The position numbers were made by a program, and so were the translations under genes. This document shows positions 16,922-26,357 of a stretch of 35,878 nt of DNA, piece by piece (position 1 is the first letter of the stretch; the number at the start of each line of letters is the position of its first letter). Source of the DNA: Candidatus Gottesmanbacteria bacterium (GTDB lineage Bacteria > Patescibacteriota > Microgenomatia > UBA10105 > UBA927); the NCBI GenBank assembly GCA_026396845.1, contig JAPLWC010000001.1, positions 11,932 through 47,809 of the forward strand, written 5' to 3'. The notes under the pieces are model-generated. The model saw only the letters and a list, made by a program, of their open reading frames with translations, was not told the origin of the DNA and did no database searches.

Positions 16922-18271
16922 TCACACTTCGACCCACCGTCCGGCGGCTTTTTTAACGCGCTGCCAGAAGGCGTTTTGGCGGCAGAGACGCGACACGTCT
17001 TCCTTATTTTTCAATAATAATTTGATGCTTTCTTCGAGCCATAAATTGCCCTGGGAGCCTTTAAACAGGATAAGAGAACGGATGGGAATATTTGAAAGCG
17101 CTTGGTTTAACTCGATGACGGAAGGAAACCATTCCACGTGTTTCAACTTTTTTTCAACGATTGGTAAAATGAAACGTTTTGTTAACGGACCGACTAAATA
17201 CAGAGTGTCGGGAATGGTGCCGATCGCGCGGGCGACGGCTTCGTGTTCGATCTGGGATTCGTTGCCCAGTTCCAGCATGTCTGCCAAAACGACAATTGTG
17301 TGACGGCGGCTCTGCCTTTTTAACGTTGCCGTCATTTCTAAAAATGAAAGAACGGATGGTTTGGAGGCGTTGTACGAAGAGTCGATGATAATGGAATTAT
17401 TGATGCCGGCGAGTAAACTTTCACGTCCGCGCGGCGGGGTGAAGTTTTTTTCAAGATTTTTTTTGATAACGTCTAAAGGAATATTGAGTTTGTAGGCTGC
17501 TAGTATTGCCGGCGCAAACACATACACAAGGTCCTTGGGAAAAGCAAAACCTTTAAATTGAAAAGTAATTGGCGTATCTCCAAGAACATACGAAAATGTT
17601 GTTTTATGAATATCGACGGAATAATCGGTTATACGGATAGCAGCATCGTTTGAACGGCCGAATGTAAGAACTTTTGATCCGCTAAGCGGAGTCAAAAATT
17701 TATTATCGCCATTCACAATTCCCAATGCGCATTTATCCTGCTTGATCATTTTGGCGTCTTCGCGGGTTATGGCTTCAACAAGAAATTTTAATCGTTCACT
17801 ATCCGTAAGAATTATTTTTGAATCTAGTATTTTTTCAAACTGCATCGTATGGGCGGCGGATTCTTCCGTGATAATGCCGATATCGGGTTTGACGATGGTA
17901 AGTAAATACTCCATGTTTTTCGGCGGATACGGGTCATCAATACCCATTTCGACGATAATGTAGCGAATGTGTTTCAAAAATCCGACGCGCAGGGGCGCCG
18001 TTACCATCATCCGTGCCCAGTCGGCGGGAGAGTAATCATGAGGAAACAATCCGACGAGTCCTAAGGGGACGCCGGTTTCTGAATTTCCCGAGACCATATG
18101 CGTGGGGCCGACGTCCTTAAGGATTGCAAAAAGCGCTTCACGGGTGCTGGTTTTTCCGACGGATCCCGCGATACCTATGACCGTCGCCCGGCTTCTGGAA
18201 AGCGCCAAACGTCCGATCGTCCGCAGGTACCGGAGGACGAACGGGACGAGAAAGGCCTTGATGCGTTTCAT
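16922..18271 (-). CDS. murF: Mur ligase, MurF-like
   Basis: IAGSVGKTST, IVEMG, IIDSSYNAS, LADMLELG, LFKGS. Confidence 0.85.
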   Translation of the reverse strand: MKRIKAFLVPFVLRYLRTIGRLALSRSRATVIGIAGSVGKTSTREALFAILKDVGPTHMVSGNSETGVPLGLVGLFPHDYSPADWARMMVTAPLRVGFLKHIRYIIVEMGIDDPYPPKNMEYLLTIVKPDIGIITEESAAHTMQFEKILDSKIILTDSERLKFLVEAITREDAKMIKQDKCALGIVNGDNKFLTPLSGSKVLTFGRSNDAAIRITDYSVDIHKTTFSYVLGDTPITFQFKGFAFPKDLVYVFAPAILAAYKLNIPLDVIKKNLEKNFTPPRGRESLLAGINNSIIIDSSYNASKPSVLSFLEMTATLKRQSRRHTIVVLADMLELGNESQIEHEAVARAIGTIPDTLYLVGPLTKRFILPIVEKKLKHVEWFPSVIELNQALSNIPIRSLILFKGSQGNLWLEESIKLLLKNKEDVSRLCRQNAFWQRVKKAAGRWVEV

Positions 18272-18537
18272 GACTTCTCTTCCAGCTTATCAATAAGTCT
18301 GGTCAATTGGTAGGTGACAGAAACTGCGATCACCGTGATGATGACCGCATAAATCGCAAGTGATAGGAGCCCGCTTCCGGAAGGCAGGTATGGTTTTATT
18401 TTGGTTGCAACGAATTCCTGGATGACGTTGTTCCAGGCAAGCGCGGCCACCAACCCGAAACCGCTGGCGGCCAGTGTCAGCATTTGTTTGAGAATTAGCA
18501 AGTGCAAACGCTTTCGTTGTTGATTTTTTTGTTCCAT
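18268..18537 (-). CDS. Small 2-TM membrane protein, DUF5654-like
   Basis: SGFGLVAALAWN motif; start 6 nt after TATAAT; ATGA overlap with murF. Confidence 0.7.
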   Translation of the reverse strand: MEQKNQQRKRLHLLILKQMLTLAASGFGLVAALAWNNVIQEFVATKIKPYLPSGSGLLSLAIYAVIITVIAVSVTYQLTRLIDKLEEKS

Positions 18538-18559
18538 GCGGTTATTATACAGGAAATTT

Positions 18560-19612
18560 ATGTACACCCCCAAATTTACAATTACCAATAAAATTCTCAA
18601 ATACATCGGCGTGGTTGAGTCGGCGCGTGAGGTTATCGAGAATGCGCCATTGGTGCCTGCCTGGGAAGCTAAATTCCGTGAAGAGGCGCTGGTACGCACT
18701 GTTCATCACGGGACGCATATCGAGGGCAATGAACTCAATATTACCGAAGCGGAAAAAGTATTGGCGGGTGCAAAAATTGTCGGCCGCGACCGGGATATAC
18801 AGGAAGTACTCAATTACCGGAATGTATTGCAGTTTATCGAGCAGTATGACAATAACGAAATTTCCTCCGAAACATTAAAGCATGTCCATTCTCTTACGGT
18901 TTACAGGATGTTAGCCGATGACGTGACAGGTGAATACCGCAGGACCCAGGTTGTCGTAAAAAATTCAGCGACAGGGGAAATTACATTCCGTCCGCCGCCG
19001 GCGGTGGAAATTCCGTTTCTTATTGATTCATTTTTGCGTTGGCTGAACGGTATTGGTCCGGATGACATGCACGCAGTCCTCAAAGCCGGTATTGTCCATT
19101 ATGAGCTGGTGCGTATTCATCCGTTTTTGGATGGCAACGGCCGTGTCGCACGCGCCGCAGCGACGCTCGTATTGGTGAAAGAAGGGTATGACATCAAGCG
19201 CTTTTTCTCGCTTGAGGAATATTATGACCGCGAGCCGCTCGCTTACTACGATGCTCTGCAGAGTGTAGCAAAACAAGAGGGAAATCTCACAAACTGGATC
19301 GAATACTTTACCGAAGGGCTCGCCATTGAACTCACACGCATCAAAGAAAAGGTCAAGGCATTGTCCACCGATTTGAAGATTAAAAAATCGTTGGGAGGAC
19401 AGCAGCTGGCGCTTTCGGAACGGCAGATTAAGGTGGTGGAGTTTATCCAGGAAAACGGATTTTTGCAGAACAAAGCGTTTTTTGAGTTGTTCCCCATGAT
19501 TTCGGAAGATACCGTACTGCGGGAGATCAAGGATCTTATCAAAAAAGGGATCCTCAGAAAAGAAGGCTCCACTAAAGGTGTCAAGTACGTCTTGACGACC
19601 GGAGGAGAGTAA
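18560..19612 (+). CDS. Fic-domain protein with C-terminal winged HTH
   Basis: HPFLDGNGRVAR; N-terminal inhibitory-type THIEGN. Confidence 0.92.
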   Translation: MYTPKFTITNKILKYIGVVESAREVIENAPLVPAWEAKFREEALVRTVHHGTHIEGNELNITEAEKVLAGAKIVGRDRDIQEVLNYRNVLQFIEQYDNNEISSETLKHVHSLTVYRMLADDVTGEYRRTQVVVKNSATGEITFRPPPAVEIPFLIDSFLRWLNGIGPDDMHAVLKAGIVHYELVRIHPFLDGNGRVARAAATLVLVKEGYDIKRFFSLEEYYDREPLAYYDALQSVAKQEGNLTNWIEYFTEGLAIELTRIKEKVKALSTDLKIKKSLGGQQLALSERQIKVVEFIQENGFLQNKAFFELFPMISEDTVLREIKDLIKKGILRKEGSTKGVKYVLTTGGE

Positions 19613-19628
19613 GAGATGATAGAGAGGT

Positions 19629-19814
19629 ATGGATCTTTCAGGACCGGGCGTGGTCTACGCGCTCATGATTATCCCATCATTGTTTGTAGCTGTTGTTATC
19701 TTCCGGGGGATAGAAAAGGTATCCAAACATGAGCCGGACGGCGGGGTCGCCATAGGATTTGGCATAGTGTTTCTCGTACTTATCGTCCTTGCCTACTTTT
19801 TCTATATTAAATGA
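19629..19814 (+). CDS. Small 2-TM membrane protein
   Basis: GAGG SD, two hydrophobic helices, 4-nt overlap with the lig start. Confidence 0.6.
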   Translation: MDLSGPGVVYALMIIPSLFVAVVIFRGIEKVSKHEPDGGVAIGFGIVFLVLIVLAYFFYIK

Positions 19815-21562
19815 CATTCTCCGAGCTTGCTAAGTATTTTCAACGTCTTGAAGCCACGGCATCAAGGAACAGCATGACTGAAATCCTCTCAGAGCTTTTC
19901 CACAAGGCCAAACCGCAGGAAATCGGTGAAATATGTTATTTATTACAGGGGCGTACGGTTCCTCTGTATGAAGCTGTGGAGTTTGGTATAGCGGATAAAT
20001 TGATGATCCGCGCCATTGCGCTGGCTTATGTTTGTGATGAAAACAAAGTAAGACAATTATTTAAAAAATTTGGAGATTTGGGTAAATCAGCAGAGGATTG
20101 TTATCATGCCCGCCCGCCGGCGAGGCAGGTAACGGAACATGATAACAAAGGATATTCCGTCCATGATGTTTTTGTTAAACTAGATGAGCTTGCACGGGTC
20201 AGAGGTGCGGGATCGCAGGAGAAAAAAATCGGATTGCTTGCAGACCTCTTAAGCCACGTGGATGCGCTATCCTCACGCTATATCGTACGCATTCCCCTGG
20301 ATAAATTGCGTCTGGGATTTTCGGATATGACTATTTTGGACGCACTGTCATGGATGGAGGTTGGGGATAAGTCCCTTCGAGGGCGTCTCGAGGCGGTATA
20401 CAATGTCCGTCCGGATATAGGACTTTTGGCGGCTGAAGTAAAAAGGAAAGGGGTCGCTGGGTTAGCGCATATCCATGCAAAAGTCGGGGCGCCGATTCTC
20501 GCGTCGCTCTGTGCGCGGCTTCCCAATGCCGACGAGATGGTGAAGAAAATGGGCGAGGTGGCGGTAGAACCCAAGTATGACGGCGTGCGAGTGCAAATTC
20601 ATTTCAAGCGCGGAATGGGGGTTTCCTCATTTTCACGGAACCTGGAAAATACGTCGCCCATGTTTCCGGAACTCAATGATATCGGCCGCGAACTTGCGGC
20701 TGTAGAGGTGATTTTGGACAGTGAAGCGGTCGGGTATGACGCCCAGCAAGACCGTTTGATCCCGTTTCAGGAAACGGTAACGAGAAAACGGAAGCACGGG
20801 ATCACCGAATCCGCCAAAAACATTCCCCTAAAGTTTTTCGTATTCGATATCCTCTACAAAAACGGGAAAGAATTATTGTCCATACCCCTCATGGAACGAC
20901 GGAAAATTCTTGAGGAAACCCTTCGTCCGCCAGCCGGCGGATCAGGGCATCTTATGCTTTCGCCGCAGATCGTGACTCGTGACGCAAACGTGATACGTCA
21001 ATATCACGATGAACAATTGAAAAAAGGATTAGAAGGCGCGGTGGTGAAAAAATGGGACAGTATCTACGAACCGGGTAGAGCCGGTTATCACTGGGTGAAG
21101 TTTAAAGAGGAAGAGGGAAAAACGGGAAAACTCACGGATACGATAGATGCCGTCATCATGGGATATTACCGCGGAGAGGGGAAACGTTCGAGCTTCGGGA
21201 TCGGCGCATTTCTTGTGGGAGTCGTGCGCGGCGACTCTATTGTGACGGTTACCAAAATCGGGACGGGTGTATCGGACGAGCTCTGGAAAGAAATCCGCAA
21301 ACGCCTGAACGATATTAAAGTTTCTCAGCAGCCTAAAGAGTACAAAGAGGTTAATAAGCTGCTTATTCCTGATGTGTGGGTGGCGCCCAAAATCGTTGTT
21401 GAGCTGGCAGGCGACGACCTGACCCGGTCGCCGACGCACGGGGCCGGCATCGCCGTCCGGTTCCCGCGCTTGGTACGCATCCGGGATGATAAATCTCCGC
21501 GGGAGGCAACGACCGTTCGCGAGCTGACCACTATGTACAAGAATCAGGGATCTCGCGTATAA
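19811..21562 (+). CDS. lig: ATP-dependent DNA ligase (archaeal/eukaryotic-type with N-terminal DNA-binding domain)
   Basis: EPKYDGVRVQIH, LDSEA, FVFDIL, EGAVVK, WVKFK, VRFPR..RIRDDK. Confidence 0.95.
   Translation: MTFSELAKYFQRLEATASRNSMTEILSELFHKAKPQEIGEICYLLQGRTVPLYEAVEFGIADKLMIRAIALAYVCDENKVRQLFKKFGDLGKSAEDCYHARPPARQVTEHDNKGYSVHDVFVKLDELARVRGAGSQEKKIGLLADLLSHVDALSSRYIVRIPLDKLRLGFSDMTILDALSWMEVGDKSLRGRLEAVYNVRPDIGLLAAEVKRKGVAGLAHIHAKVGAPILASLCARLPNADEMVKKMGEVAVEPKYDGVRVQIHFKRGMGVSSFSRNLENTSPMFPELNDIGRELAAVEVILDSEAVGYDAQQDRLIPFQETVTRKRKHGITESAKNIPLKFFVFDILYKNGKELLSIPLMERRKILEETLRPPAGGSGHLMLSPQIVTRDANVIRQYHDEQLKKGLEGAVVKKWDSIYEPGRAGYHWVKFKEEEGKTGKLTDTIDAVIMGYYRGEGKRSSFGIGAFLVGVVRGDSIVTVTKIGTGVSDELWKEIRKRLNDIKVSQQPKEYKEVNKLLIPDVWVAPKIVVELAGDDLTRSPTHGAGIAVRFPRLVRIRDDKSPREATTVRELTTMYKNQGSRV
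20108..20130. repeat. In-frame palindromic REP-like element, type A, degenerate
   Basis: GCCCGCCCGCCGGCGAGGCAGGT is 19/23 identical to 32785-32807; encodes ARPPARQV. Confidence 0.65.
20918..20949. repeat. In-frame palindromic REP-like element, type B
   Basis: ACCCTTCG-[TCCGCC AGCC GGCGGA]-TCAGGGCA; flanks identical to those at 31721. Confidence 0.75.
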
Positions 21563-21575
21563 TACAGGCCACATT

Positions 21576-22394
21576 ATGGCCATTCACTATTCCATCATTA
21601 TTCCTACCCTGAATGAAGAGAAGTTCCTGCCGAAATTATTGACCTCTCTTGCCGCGCAGACGCGCCGGGATTTTGAGGTTATCGTAGCGGATGGCGCATC
21701 GCGCGATAAGACGCGGGTGGTGGCACAGTCGTTTAAAGGAAAATTGCCGAAACTTACCGTACTGTCCGTTCCCTATCCGAATGTTTCCAAACAACGAAAT
21801 GCAGGAGCGGAAATTGCCAAAGGATCATGGTTTATTTTTCTGGACGCTGACAGCATTCTGTTGCCCTATACGCTGGAGCGCTCTGATGCATTTATCCGGG
21901 GAAAAAAACCGAGTTTATTTACGACGTGGTTTCGCTCCGATACGGAGAATCCTTCGGATGCACTCGTCACGCTTTTGACGGATATGTTTATTGAAGCTGC
22001 ACTTTTATTGCACAGGCCCGCCACACAGGGTACGTTTATGGCTGTTTCAAGGAGTGCATTTCTGTCGGTTCACGGATTTGACGAACGGCATATGTTCGGC
22101 GAAGATTATGATCTGACGAAGCGATTGACTCAAAAAGGCAACAAACTGCATATCCTTCGGGAAACGCTGTATGTGTATTCGTTGCGGCGCCTGCGGTATC
22201 AGAAAACATTGAAGACCCTCCAGCTCTACGCCCGTTCAGTATTTTCCGTTCTTTTGACCAACAAAACACCGCGTTCGATGCCTGGCTATATCATGGGAGG
22301 GGCCCCATATAACCAAAAAAAAGATCGCCGCCAATCCGTCGCAAGACAATTTAATAAAAAGTTCCGTGCCTTCATGCGGGAAGTGTTTGAATAA
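21576..22394 (+). CDS. GT2 glycosyltransferase
   Basis: SIIIPTLNEE, VADGASRD, RNAGA, FLDAD, GEDYDL. Confidence 0.92.
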   Translation: MAIHYSIIIPTLNEEKFLPKLLTSLAAQTRRDFEVIVADGASRDKTRVVAQSFKGKLPKLTVLSVPYPNVSKQRNAGAEIAKGSWFIFLDADSILLPYTLERSDAFIRGKKPSLFTTWFRSDTENPSDALVTLLTDMFIEAALLLHRPATQGTFMAVSRSAFLSVHGFDERHMFGEDYDLTKRLTQKGNKLHILRETLYVYSLRRLRYQKTLKTLQLYARSVFSVLLTNKTPRSMPGYIMGGAPYNQKKDRRQSVARQFNKKFRAFMREVFE

Positions 22395-22395
22395 C

Positions 22396-22417
22396 CCCCG
22401 CCATGGCGGGGCAAGCT
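22396..22417. repeat. Intergenic palindrome related to type B elements
   Basis: Perfect CCCCGCCATGGCGGGG; its GGGCAAGCT end is shared with the MGMT element. Confidence 0.6.
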
Positions 22418-23803
22418 ATGCAAATTATTGCCGATTTACAATTACATTCTAAATACTCACGGGCGGTATCGCCCAACATGGTGTTGCCGGAAATTTGCGC
22501 GTGGACGAGAAGGAAGGGAATGGGGCTTGTGGCAACCGGTGATTGGACGCACCCGTTGTGGATGCGGGAAATTAAAGCAAACCTCGAAGAGCTCGGGAAT
22601 GGGTTATTAAAGCTCAAAACCGCGACACCTGATGATCCGTTATTTCTTCTTGCGACGGAGGTTTCCTGCATTTATTCACAAAGCGGAAAAGGCCGCCGCA
22701 TCCACACGCTGATTTGGGTGCCGACCCTTGATTCTGCGGATAAAATCAATAAGGAGATGACGAAACAGGGATGCAACCTCATGAGCGACGGCAGACCGAT
22801 TATCGGATTGACGTCCATACAAGTTGCGGGACTCGTGTTAACCATTGAACCGCACGCGATGATCATTCCGGCTCATGCGTGGACGCCGTGGTTTTCGGTA
22901 TTCGGCAGCATGAGCGGATTTAACAGTCTGGAAGAGGCATTTGGGCCGTATGCGAAAAACGTGTATGCCGTTGAGACGGGTTTATCCAGCAGTCCCGCAA
23001 TGAACTGGCGGATTAAAGAATTGGATACCCGTTCAATTGTGTCGTTTTCCGATGCCCATTCTGGGCCGAAATTGGGGCGGGAAGCAACGGTATTTGAACT
23101 TGAAAAGCTTGGTTATGAACATATCCGTCAAGCTATTATGCAACCACATCAATTGAATACTGAATCGGGAATCATGAATACTGGAAAAAAAACAAATCAC
23201 AATTCAGTATTCAGTATTCAGCATTCACGCATCGCCTACACGATCGAATTTTATCCGGAGGAGGGGAAATATCACTGGTCCGGCCACCGCGCGTGCAATA
23301 TCCGCTGGGGTCCCAAAGAGACGGCGACCAAAGGGTCGTCGTGTCCGGTGTGCGGCAAGCCGCTGACGCAGGGGGTTGAACAGCGTGTAGGGGAGCTTGC
23401 CGGAAGAAGTGAGGAAGCGCTACAGATTACAAAGACAAAAACAGGAATGATCGGGAGCCGCGCGTTTCCTAACCGCCCGCCGTTTGTTATGCTGGTGCCG
23501 CTACAAGAAATTATTTCCGAATGCATCGGATCGCCGGTTGCAAGCCCCAAGGTTCAAACGCCGTACCGTCAATTGACTGACACGTTGGGCGGGGAATTTA
23601 ATATCCTTTTAAAAGCAGATCACGGGGATATCGCCAAGATTGCAGGGGAACGGGTGGCTGTCGGCGTTGACAAAGTGCGCGCAGGTGATATCGTCATTGA
23701 TCCCGGCTACGACGGCGTCTTCGGCGTCGTAAAACTCTGGCGGGAAGGGGAGAAAAAACCACTTGTAGATGCAACCCGCGAACAGTTGGAGATATTTTCC
23801 TGA
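22418..23803 (+). CDS. Endonuclease Q family (PHP domain plus Zn finger)
   Basis: ADLQLHSKYSRA, TGDWTHP, IPAHAWTPW, ETGLS, SDAHS, GKYHWSGHRAC...CPVCG. Confidence 0.9.
   Translation: MQIIADLQLHSKYSRAVSPNMVLPEICAWTRRKGMGLVATGDWTHPLWMREIKANLEELGNGLLKLKTATPDDPLFLLATEVSCIYSQSGKGRRIHTLIWVPTLDSADKINKEMTKQGCNLMSDGRPIIGLTSIQVAGLVLTIEPHAMIIPAHAWTPWFSVFGSMSGFNSLEEAFGPYAKNVYAVETGLSSSPAMNWRIKELDTRSIVSFSDAHSGPKLGREATVFELEKLGYEHIRQAIMQPHQLNTESGIMNTGKKTNHNSVFSIQHSRIAYTIEFYPEEGKYHWSGHRACNIRWGPKETATKGSSCPVCGKPLTQGVEQRVGELAGRSEEALQITKTKTGMIGSRAFPNRPPFVMLVPLQEIISECIGSPVASPKVQTPYRQLTDTLGGEFNILLKADHGDIAKIAGERVAVGVDKVRAGDIVIDPGYDGVFGVVKLWREGEKKPLVDATREQLEIFS
23154..23227. repeat. In-frame 7-nt periodic inverted repeat, (TGAATAC)n ... 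(GTATTCA)n
   Basis: Left TGAATAC TGAATCG GGAATCA TGAATAC; right AATTCAG TATTCAG TATTCAG CATTCA. Confidence 0.75.
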
Positions 23804-23815
23804 AGCGTTTCCTTA

Positions 23816-23844
23816 TTGACGGCGCCCCTCCGCTTCGTTATCGT
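23816..23844 (+). promoter_or_regulatory. Sigma70-like promoter
   Basis: TTGACG-N17-TATCGT in the intergenic region. Confidence 0.45.
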
Positions 23845-23898
23845 GGAGATAGTAGTAATGAAGTAGCAGTGATGTATATTTGAGGGGAGGTGAATACA

Positions 23899-24225
23899 AT
23901 GGCAGCGAAAAGTAACGAAAATTTACTCGCAGCGGCATCCTACTTGCTAGGATTTGTGACTGGTATCATTATTCTTCTTGTCGAAAAGCAGAATAAATTC
24001 GTCCGTTTTCATGCGATGCAGTCAACCATATTGTTCGGCGGTATATTCATCGTCAATATTGTGTTGGGATTTATCCCGATATTGGGATGGATTGTGGGAC
24101 TCCTTTTATCCTTTGTCGCATTTATCCTCTGGATTGTCCTGATGTGGAAATCTTTCCAGGGAGAGATGTATAAAGTTCCGTACGTCGGAGACCTCGCGGA
24201 AAAACAGTTGGCGAAAATGAAGTAA
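23899..24225 (+). CDS. DUF4870-family membrane protein
   Basis: FVRFHAMQS, YKVPYVG; GGAGGTGA SD before ATG 23899. Confidence 0.85.
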   Translation: MAAKSNENLLAAASYLLGFVTGIIILLVEKQNKFVRFHAMQSTILFGGIFIVNIVLGFIPILGWIVGLLLSFVAFILWIVLMWKSFQGEMYKVPYVGDLAEKQLAKMK

Positions 24226-24229
24226 GCTT

Positions 24230-24727
24230 GTGTTTACGAATCGAACTGATGCAGGGTTGCGTCTCGCAAAAGAACTTCTTTCATACCGCGGTGCGGTAGA
24301 TCTTGTCATAGGTCTTGCACGCGGGGGTGTCGTGGTTTCGGCAGCACTATCAAAAGTGTTACATATTCCGCACGACGTTCTCGTGGTTAAAAAAATCGGA
24401 AGTCCGGGAAATCCCGAATTTGCCATCGGTGCGCGGGTGCCGGAAGGACAACTACTTGATGTCCGGAATAAAACCGTCATTCTTACGGATGACGGGGCGG
24501 CGACGGGCGCCACAATGGAGGCCGCAATCCGTTGGGTTTGTAAGCACAACGCAAAAAAAATTATTGTTGCTTTGCCGGTTGCACCACCCGAGATAGCGGC
24601 AAAACTTCAAACGCTCGCGGGTGACGTCATTGTGTTGGAGACACCTTCGGATTTCGGTGCGGTCGGACAGTTTTACCGCGATTTTACGCAAGTAACGGAC
24701 GAAGACGTGGTACAATTACTCTCGTAG
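24230..24727 (+). CDS. Phosphoribosyltransferase-family protein, compact
   Basis: FTNRTDAG, LARGGV, PRPP motif VILTDDGAATG, AVGQFY. Confidence 0.85.
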   Translation: MFTNRTDAGLRLAKELLSYRGAVDLVIGLARGGVVVSAALSKVLHIPHDVLVVKKIGSPGNPEFAIGARVPEGQLLDVRNKTVILTDDGAATGATMEAAIRWVCKHNAKKIIVALPVAPPEIAAKLQTLAGDVIVLETPSDFGAVGQFYRDFTQVTDEDVVQLLS

Positions 24728-24743
24728 AGAGTGCAATCAAACT

Positions 24744-25337
24744 ATGAAACTCATTGTCGGCCTCGGTAATCCCGGTGCCCAGTATGCAAGTACCCGCCAC
24801 AACATCGGATTTATGGTGGTCGACAAATTAGAAAAAGAGCTTGGGGCCGGCGTACCGCCTGCTTGGCAAAAAGATGAGAAGAAGAACGTGTTGACGGCAA
24901 GAATCGGTGAAGTGCTTTTAGTGAAACCTCAAACGTTTATGAACAAATCTGGGTTTGCCGTCCGGGTACTTGTGGATTTTTATAAACTTACCCCCGCTGA
25001 CGTGTGGGTCATCCACGATGACATTGATCTGCCTATCGGCAAGATTAAAATCCGTGAAAAAGGCGGAAGCGCTGGACACAATGGGGTAACGAGTATTATT
25101 GAACAGCTTAAAACTGATGCGTTTGTCCGATTCCGTTTAGGCATCGGAAAAGGAGTTGATACGACGGGCGCCGGCGAAAACAAAAACATGCATCATAGGT
25201 CGGTGATTTCATTCGTTTTGTCGCGTTTCCGCCAATCAGAAGCAGGTTCATTTAAACATCTGATCAAACACGGCACAGAGGCAGTGCAAATGGCACTCCT
25301 GAAAGGCATCGATGTGGCGATGAATAGATACAACTGA
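24744..25337 (+). CDS. pth: Peptidyl-tRNA hydrolase
   Basis: LIVGLGNPG, TRHNIGF, KPQTFMN, IHDDID, GHNG. Confidence 0.97.
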   Translation: MKLIVGLGNPGAQYASTRHNIGFMVVDKLEKELGAGVPPAWQKDEKKNVLTARIGEVLLVKPQTFMNKSGFAVRVLVDFYKLTPADVWVIHDDIDLPIGKIKIREKGGSAGHNGVTSIIEQLKTDAFVRFRLGIGKGVDTTGAGENKNMHHRSVISFVLSRFRQSEAGSFKHLIKHGTEAVQMALLKGIDVAMNRYN

Positions 25338-25343
25338 CTAGGT

Positions 25344-25622
25344 ATGGCAGATCAAACCGTTATCCCGACGATCGGCGATATCCTCAAAAAATTTAACCCG
25401 TTGGAAGATAAATACATTTCCCGTGAATTTCAATCGTACGGAATTTACCTTGCGGAAACGCTTGATGATTACAAACACAAGGCGCTCTATATTCGGCTAG
25501 CCAAAACCGTGCCTCGGGCGGTCCTTGAGAAAGCACTCAGTTTTGTCAAGGACGCCAACGCACGCAGCCGCGCAAGGCTTTTTATGTGGAAAATGGCTCA
25601 GTTGCGTAAAGGCAAAGAATGA
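25344..25622 (+). CDS. Hypothetical protein
   Basis: 92-aa ORF in operon; ATGA overlap with acyP. Confidence 0.7.
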   Translation: MADQTVIPTIGDILKKFNPLEDKYISREFQSYGIYLAETLDDYKHKALYIRLAKTVPRAVLEKALSFVKDANARSRARLFMWKMAQLRKGKE

Positions 25623-25891
25623 AGCGCGTACATTGTATAATTTCCGGAGATATCGTGGGAGTAGGGTATCGGACATGGGTTGTTCGGTTGGCGCACGCGT
25701 TTCGTGTTATGGGTTGGGTGAAAAACAGGGAGGACCGGACGGTGGAGCTGGTTGCCGAAGGTGAGAAAGAAGCACTTGAGAAGCTTGTTGTTGCCTGTAA
25801 GAAAGGCCCTGATGTTGCATGGGTTAGTCACGTTGAGATTACGTGGGACCGCGCAACGCGTGAATTTATGGACTTTGCCGTTGTATACTAA
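25619..25891 (+). CDS. acyP: Acylphosphatase
   Basis: GVGYR, GWVKN, KGP. Confidence 0.9.
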   Translation: MKRVHCIISGDIVGVGYRTWVVRLAHAFRVMGWVKNREDRTVELVAEGEKEALEKLVVACKKGPDVAWVSHVEITWDRATREFMDFAVVY

Positions 25892-25895
25892 AGGT

Positions 25896-26357
25896 ATGTT
25901 CAAACAGATTATTGCCCGTAAGCCAACATTTTTTCTTTTCGTTTCATTAGGATATTTGGTCGTCGTTGGCCTATGTAAATGGTTTATCCACCCATCCCTT
26001 GATACTGTATGGTTTTTCCTCGGCGTCGTCATCGGTGTGTATTTATTGGATGCGGCGGAAGTATTTTTCGCCATCAACCCCTCGCCGTTTCGAAGCATCG
26101 TATTTGCCGGAGGATTTGTTGTCGTGTCGCTCTTTATAGTGACCTCGGCAAACGCAATGCTTGCTGACGGATTGGTGCTTTCACTCTATATAACGATGCT
26201 TTTGTGGCAAATCGGCGAATGGCAGATTACCGGCAATCTTAACTCGTGGTACCGCATGATCGCCGGTCCCGTATCCGTCCCGCTTCAAAAATGGGGGATG
26301 ATCATTTTTGCCGTACTGTTTGTCGTCGAAACGCTATTATTCTTGCGCTGGGCATGA
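25896..26357 (+). CDS. Hypothetical membrane protein
   Basis: About 5 hydrophobic helices; start at ATG 25896. Confidence 0.7.
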   Translation: MFKQIIARKPTFFLFVSLGYLVVVGLCKWFIHPSLDTVWFFLGVVIGVYLLDAAEVFFAINPSPFRSIVFAGGFVVVSLFIVTSANAMLADGLVLSLYITMLLWQIGEWQITGNLNSWYRMIAGPVSVPLQKWGMIIFAVLFVVETLLFLRWA

